A stretch of 62,502 nucleotides of DNA, the filler included. It is 21 parts of 21 records of this genome, joined end to end, with 100 filler letters (N's around TTAATTAATTAA, not from the genome) between each part and the next. Parts side by side here need not be neighbours in the genome. Positions count along the whole stretch, not along the records: positions 56,480 to 59,721 come from SRR36015645_18222; positions 59,822 to 62,502 come from SRR36015645_18230; 19 more parts are not named here. One strand, given 5' to 3'. A program made the translations under genes and the position numbers. Below, one piece after another: positions 57,660-62,502 of this stretch (positions are counted from its first letter, which is position 1; each line of letters opens with the position of its first letter). Below the pieces are notes generated by a model that did not search any database, was not told the origin of the DNA, and saw nothing but the letters and a program-made list of their open reading frames with translations.

Positions 57660-59721
57660 GTTTATCTTCAGATAGGACTATTATTGTAAATAGTACAATT
57701 GAAACAGCATGTAGTGGTGTTTCAAATACAGCAGTCCCAACTGCAAAGCCAAATATTTTTAATAAGCTTAAAATTTTATACACTAATGCTGATACATACA
57801 TAAACAAGAGACAAGAGTTTATTAGCCGACTTGGTACGTTTGGAGAAGATAAGCCCAATATTATTGCTATAACTGAAGTCAAACCTAAGGGTAAAAGGTA
57901 TGTCATAGAACAGTGTGAATTACAACTACCTGGTTATCACCTTTTTTCTAGAAATATTGCAGATGATTCAGGCAGAGGCATTGTTATGTATTGTGACGAG
58001 CGTCTTACATGTTCTGAAATTGATATTAACACCAGTTTTGATGAAGTCTTGTGTATTGAAATTGAATTGTGCAATTCTGATAAAGCTTTAATTGCTTGTG
58101 TATATCGCAGCCCAAGTAGCACAGACGAAAATAATGAACGCTTGCTAGAAACTTTTAAACAGTTTGATTCTTCAAATAAATACTGTCAAAAACTTGTGCT
58201 TGGAGATTTCAATTTTCCAAAAGTCGACTGGAATGACTGGTGTACTAAATCCTCTGTCAGTATAGATAATAGATTTAAAAATCTGGTGAGAGACTTGTTT
58301 TGGTCACAGCATGTTACTTGTAACACACGGGCTAGGGGAGCGGATAACCCTTCTCTCCTGGATTTAGTGTTAACAGAAGAGGAAGACTCTGTTGATGATG
58401 TTGAATACTATAGCCCGTTAGGCAAAAGCGACCATTCTGTACTATGTTTTAATATGTTATGCAATGTTTGTTTCACTGATACTTCTGCAAATTGTAAAAA
58501 GCAAATTGAAAAGGGGGACTATGATAAATTTAATGAAATTTTGAATAGAGACTGGCAGAAAGAGTTTGATGATTGTCCAGACGATGCACAAGCGCAATGG
58601 GATATTTTTTATTCATATTACAAAAAAGCAGAGAAAGAATGTATACCGTACAGAAAATGTAAAGTTACGAATGGGAACAAAGCCTTTAAATATGCTTTAG
58701 ATAAAAAGTCACTAGCTCTTATCAGGAAAAAACATTGTGTGTGGAAAAGGTTTATGGAAACAAGAGATGGTGAGAAGTACAGGGAGTATGCTGCAATACG
58801 AAATAAAGTGAGAAGTTTAACCAGGAAAGTTCACAGAGATGCAGAGCGGGCAGTGGTGAAGGATGTAAAGAAGAACCCTAAGAAGTTCTGGAGTTTTGTT
58901 AATTCTAAAACCAAATCGAAAGATAAAATTTCTGATCTTGAATACTCAAATGAGAATGGAGTTAAAGCTAAAACTAAAAATAATAACGAGAAAGCTAATG
59001 TATTAAATGCCTTTTTTGGATCTGTCTTTACTAATGAGAATACCAGTGATATTCCAGAGAAACCTACAGTAGAGGGATTGAACGACTCTCTTGCAAACAT
59101 GACTGTCACTGAAGATATGGTGACCAAGAAAATTGACAATTTACAGCAAAACAAATCACCAGGCCCTGATGGTATTCATCCCTATGTAATCAAAAAAGTA
59201 AAAGACAACATCACTGCTCCATTAACAATTATTTTTAACACAACCTTGAGAACAGGTGTGCTGCCATCTTCATGGAAAGAAGCTCACATTACGGCAATCT
59301 ATAAGAGAAAAGGGTTAAAGAAGCTTCCAGACAATTATAGACCAGTGAGCTTAACTAGTATAATTTGTAAAATCATCGAATCAATTATTAGGGATGAAAT
59401 TATTCTTTTCATGAAAAGAAATAAATTATTCAGTAACAAGCAATACGGCTTTATATTTGGACGTTCTACAACTCTACAATTATTGAAGGTTTTAGATAAT
59501 TGGACTCGAATTCTGGATAATGGTGGATGCTTGGATGTAATTTACTTAGACTTCATGAAGGCTTTCGACACCGTGCCTCATAAGAGGCTGATCAAAAAAC
59601 TTGAGTCGTATAACATTCATGGTAACATAAAAAATTGGATAGAAAATTTTCTGTCTAATCGTAAACAAAGAGTAAATGTTAATGGTGAATTTTCAGAATG
59701 GACAACTGTTATTAGTGGTAT
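57620..59721 (+). CDS. CR1 LINE ORF2 (APE + RT), truncated, non-AUG start
   Basis: YTNAD, ITE, YRSP, GDFN, LDLVLT, SDH, KNPKKFW, SPGPDGIHP, NYRPVSLTS and YLDFMKAFDTVPH. Confidence 0.95.
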
Positions 59722-59821
59722 NNNNNNNNNNNNNNNNNNNNNNNNNNNNNNNNNNNNNNNNNNNNTTAATTAATTAANNNNNNNNNNNNNNNNNNNNNNN
59801 NNNNNNNNNNNNNNNNNNNNN

Positions 59822-61051
59822 TTTCCGGCTAGGGCATTGGATGCAGGAGTGATTGGTTCACGTCCTTTTCCACCGAGTCCCTTTGTCGCTCCGTCGACCA
59901 GTGTTTTTACCAGATCTGGTGGCGCCGATAGTGGTGTAGCTGCGTTTCCGTATAGTGCGTCCAGGCCTTGTTACTTCCCGCCTGACCGCTCGGAGTCTGG
60001 TGGCTTCGTTGGTTCTAGGATGATGGAACGTGTTCATGCCGCACCCTGTCTGGTTGGTTCAGCAGCTTCTGTGCCGAGGATCGTGAGTAATCCGTACGTT
60101 ACTACCGTTCAGTCATCCTCCGACCAGTCTCTGCATAGAACAGACGATGACTTAGAGCGGTTGTCCTTGCAAGAATTACAGCATTCTTTACACCTCTTGG
60201 AGGTAGAGGAGCAGAGGCGTTCCTTGATCGGAAAGATTAAAGGCATTAAGAGTCGCCGTGGTCCAGAGAACGTTTCGATGCAAGACCTTGGGCAGTTGAG
60301 GTTGGAGGCTCGGAATATGATGGATAGTGATCCGGTCTTCGGGCGTCCTTCCGTCCATTCGAACATTTCCGGTAGGCATCCTGCATGTTCTAATGTCTGT
60401 TCAGATGATGGCAGGATGAAGTCTGGTATAAATTTAAAATGCGCTGACAATATTAGATACCAGCAGTATTATCCACAGCAGTTTCTGCATTATCTGGATA
60501 GAAATGTCAGTTATTTTGAGCTTACTATGTCCCAGTTTGTGGCAGGCTATATGTCTATCATGTTAGTCAACAGCATTTCGGACGATGAACGCCAAGGGCG
60601 TATGAGGCATTTGGCTAAGCTAATGCATTTTGCGCAAGGCCATCCTTGGTCTGTAATTTTGAACTTGCATAAATCTGTTGTTTATGCCATTGAAATTGGT
60701 CAAAAATCGTGGCTTGATGAATTTGCAGAAATTGAAAATGCTGTTTTGTTGAGCAACGTTAACAATAGACCACAGCCTGCTCAAACTGCGGCAATTCATA
60801 GAGGCCCCACTAGTGCTTCTGAGAGTAGGAGCGTCTTCTGGTGTGCAAACTTTCAAACTGATAAATGTATTGTTAATGCAAACAGTCATTCGCAGCTTAT
60901 TGCTGGCGTGCAACGCCAAGTGCTTCATATTTGTCGCAGGTGTTGGCGAAAGAAACAAGTTAAAACTTGGCATTCAGAACAATCTGCTTCTTGCCCTAGT
61001 AGGGTATCTGTTTATGAGCAGGCGCAGTCCGTTCCTCCTAGTTCTAGCTGA
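59822..61051 (+). CDS. DIRS/Ngaro-type gag-like ORF, 5' truncated, ending in TGA-CTAG
   Basis: LTMSQFVAGY..W..W core and a C-terminal CANFQTDKC..H..HICRRC..H..C zinc finger, directly upstream of a DIRS-type RT. Confidence 0.75.
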   Translation, partial: FPARALDAGVIGSRPFPPSPFVAPSTSVFTRSGGADSGVAAFPYSASRPCYFPPDRSESGGFVGSRMMERVHAAPCLVGSAASVPRIVSNPYVTTVQSSSDQSLHRTDDDLERLSLQELQHSLHLLEVEEQRRSLIGKIKGIKSRRGPENVSMQDLGQLRLEARNMMDSDPVFGRPSVHSNISGRHPACSNVCSDDGRMKSGINLKCADNIRYQQYYPQQFLHYLDRNVSYFELTMSQFVAGYMSIMLVNSISDDERQGRMRHLAKLMHFAQGHPWSVILNLHKSVVYAIEIGQKSWLDEFAEIENAVLLSNVNNRPQPAQTAAIHRGPTSASESRSVFWCANFQTDKCIVNANSHSQLIAGVQRQVLHICRRCWRKKQVKTWHSEQSASCPSRVSVYEQAQSVPPSSS

Positions 61052-62502
61052 CTAGAAAATGAAAAGGCTTCCGAGCCATGTCAATCTGTGGTAGATAATG
61101 CCGTGTGCGTTGAGAAGGACATGAGTGTGCCTAATAGCGATGTTGAGCACACTCACGTGAATTCTTATTTTGGTTCTTCCGCCAGCTTCACTGCAAAGTG
61201 CCCAGATTACAAGTGTATCACTACGTGCATATGGTTTTTAAGCATATTGTATATTTTATTATTACTAACCGTTATTTTCGGTAGTAGGGATTTGTTATGT
61301 CCTTTAGAGGGGGCCACAAACAGCATTGTACGTGCTCCTAGTTATGCACTGGTCACTACTGACAAACGTGACCCTGTTTGTGTTTCTGTGGATAGGCCTA
61401 GTGCTATTGTTGAGAAGTCGTCAACGTACCGGGATGGCTGTGCACGTGATGATTATATTGCATGTGACTTGCAGTCATTGTATAGTTTTGTATATCCGAG
61501 AAAAGAGTGTACGGTGGTTGAAAAAATAGTTAGTTTTTGTAAATTTGATGAGCTGTGTCATATTAATGAATTTTATCCGGATGTAGATCTGCGTGATCGG
61601 TTGCATCTATATGTTGATAAGTCTGATTTTGTCAGTGTTGCAAATGCTATTTTGTGTTCTGGTTTGCCTAATTTTGCTGGTTTGAGGATTCCGGTTAGTA
61701 CCTCACTTAGGATTGGGTCATGGCGTGAGATGCTGCGAGATTATCACGATTATGTAATTTGTGATTATTTGGAATTTGGTTGGCCCATTGGGTTTTCGTA
61801 TGAGCACTTGCCTGTTAATGTAGGTGTTTCTAATTATAATGGCGCCTTGGATTTTAAGGATGCTGTTGATGATTATATTTGTGTAGAATTGCAGCACAAT
61901 AGTGTGGGCGGGCCGTGGGAAATTAATCCGTTCGTTGTTAAGTGCGTGGTTTCTCCATTGAACACAGTGCCCAAGGGTTCTAATAAGCGTCGTACAATTC
62001 TTGACTTAAGTCATGGTAAATCAGGGGACTCGGTTAATGATGCTATTTCCAGAACACACTACTTGGGACAGCGATTTAGTTTAACCTTACCCAGTTTTTC
62101 GGACATGGCTAATCTAGTCGTTTATGCTGGTGTTGACGCATATATGTGGAAAGTGGACTTGGCTAGAAGTTTTCGCCAGTTTCCCATTGATCCACGGGAT
62201 GCACATTTGTTGTGCTTTACATGGAATGGCAAATTGTTTTGCGATAGAGTTTTTCCTATGGGTATGCGTTCTTCTTGCTTAGGCTTGCAGAGAATTACGG
62301 ATGCTGTATGCTATTTGATGTGGAAACGTGGTTTCAAATGTGAAAACTACATTGATGATATTTTTGGTGTGGAGTCTAGTTACGGTCAAGCTTGTGCTGC
62401 ATTTAATACTGTGCATGATATATTGGCTGAACTGGGTATGATGGCTAATCATGATAAAAATGTTGAGCCTACCACTAATTGTGATGTGTTAGGTATTAAT
62501 GT
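61052..62502 (+). CDS. DIRS/Ngaro-type reverse transcriptase (missing from the ORF track), in frame with gag, runs off the window
   Basis: Manual translation without stops: SGLPNF..RIPV, EFGWPIG, SPLNTVPK, RRTILDLS, SVNDAI, KVDLARSFRQFPIDP, FPMGMRSS, NYIDD (Y at 62348) and VLGI. Confidence 0.9.

Noticed and set aside
2696-59821. Recurring TTAATTAATTAA flanked by N runs as a CRISPR-like or biological repeat
   Set aside because: It is an artificial six-frame-stop linker of fixed 100-nt length.
61049-61051. In-frame TGA as selenocysteine
   Set aside because: No SECIS can be assessed because the 3' end is missing, there is no redox motif, and the CUAG context fits readthrough better.
232-61529. 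Numerous 60-130-aa antisense or overlapping ORFs in the track
   Set aside because: They are shadows of longer TE ORFs with no recognisable motifs.

Overview
This is not one locus. It is 21 short contigs (about 2-4.8 kb) joined by 20 artificial 100-nt spacers (N44-TTAATTAATTAA-N44), so adjacency across a spacer carries no meaning. The DNA looks like an animal genome (probably a marine invertebrate) and is almost entirely transposable elements. Non-LTR retrotransposons: three L1/Tx1-like, one CR1 with a PHD ORF1, two RTEX-like with SGNH-esterase ORF1s, a decayed HERO/NeSL-like RT, an RTE relic and two related ORF1-only contigs. Other retroelements: BEL/Pao gag and pol, and a DIRS/Ngaro element. 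DNA transposons: pogo DD35D, two THAP/P-element, hAT-like, AcademX (XPG/PIN), Transib/RAG1/CMC-like and a Helentron PIF1-APE fusion. Host-like pieces are an intronless DEG/ENaC pseudogene and a PRDM2-like zinc-finger exon. The most interesting signal is translational recoding. The Ngaro gag ends in UGA-CUAG and continues in frame, through a predicted transmembrane helix, into a YIDD reverse transcriptase that the ORF track missed. Three other elements have candidate -1 frameshift junctions. All family calls come from motif recognition by eye, not database searches.
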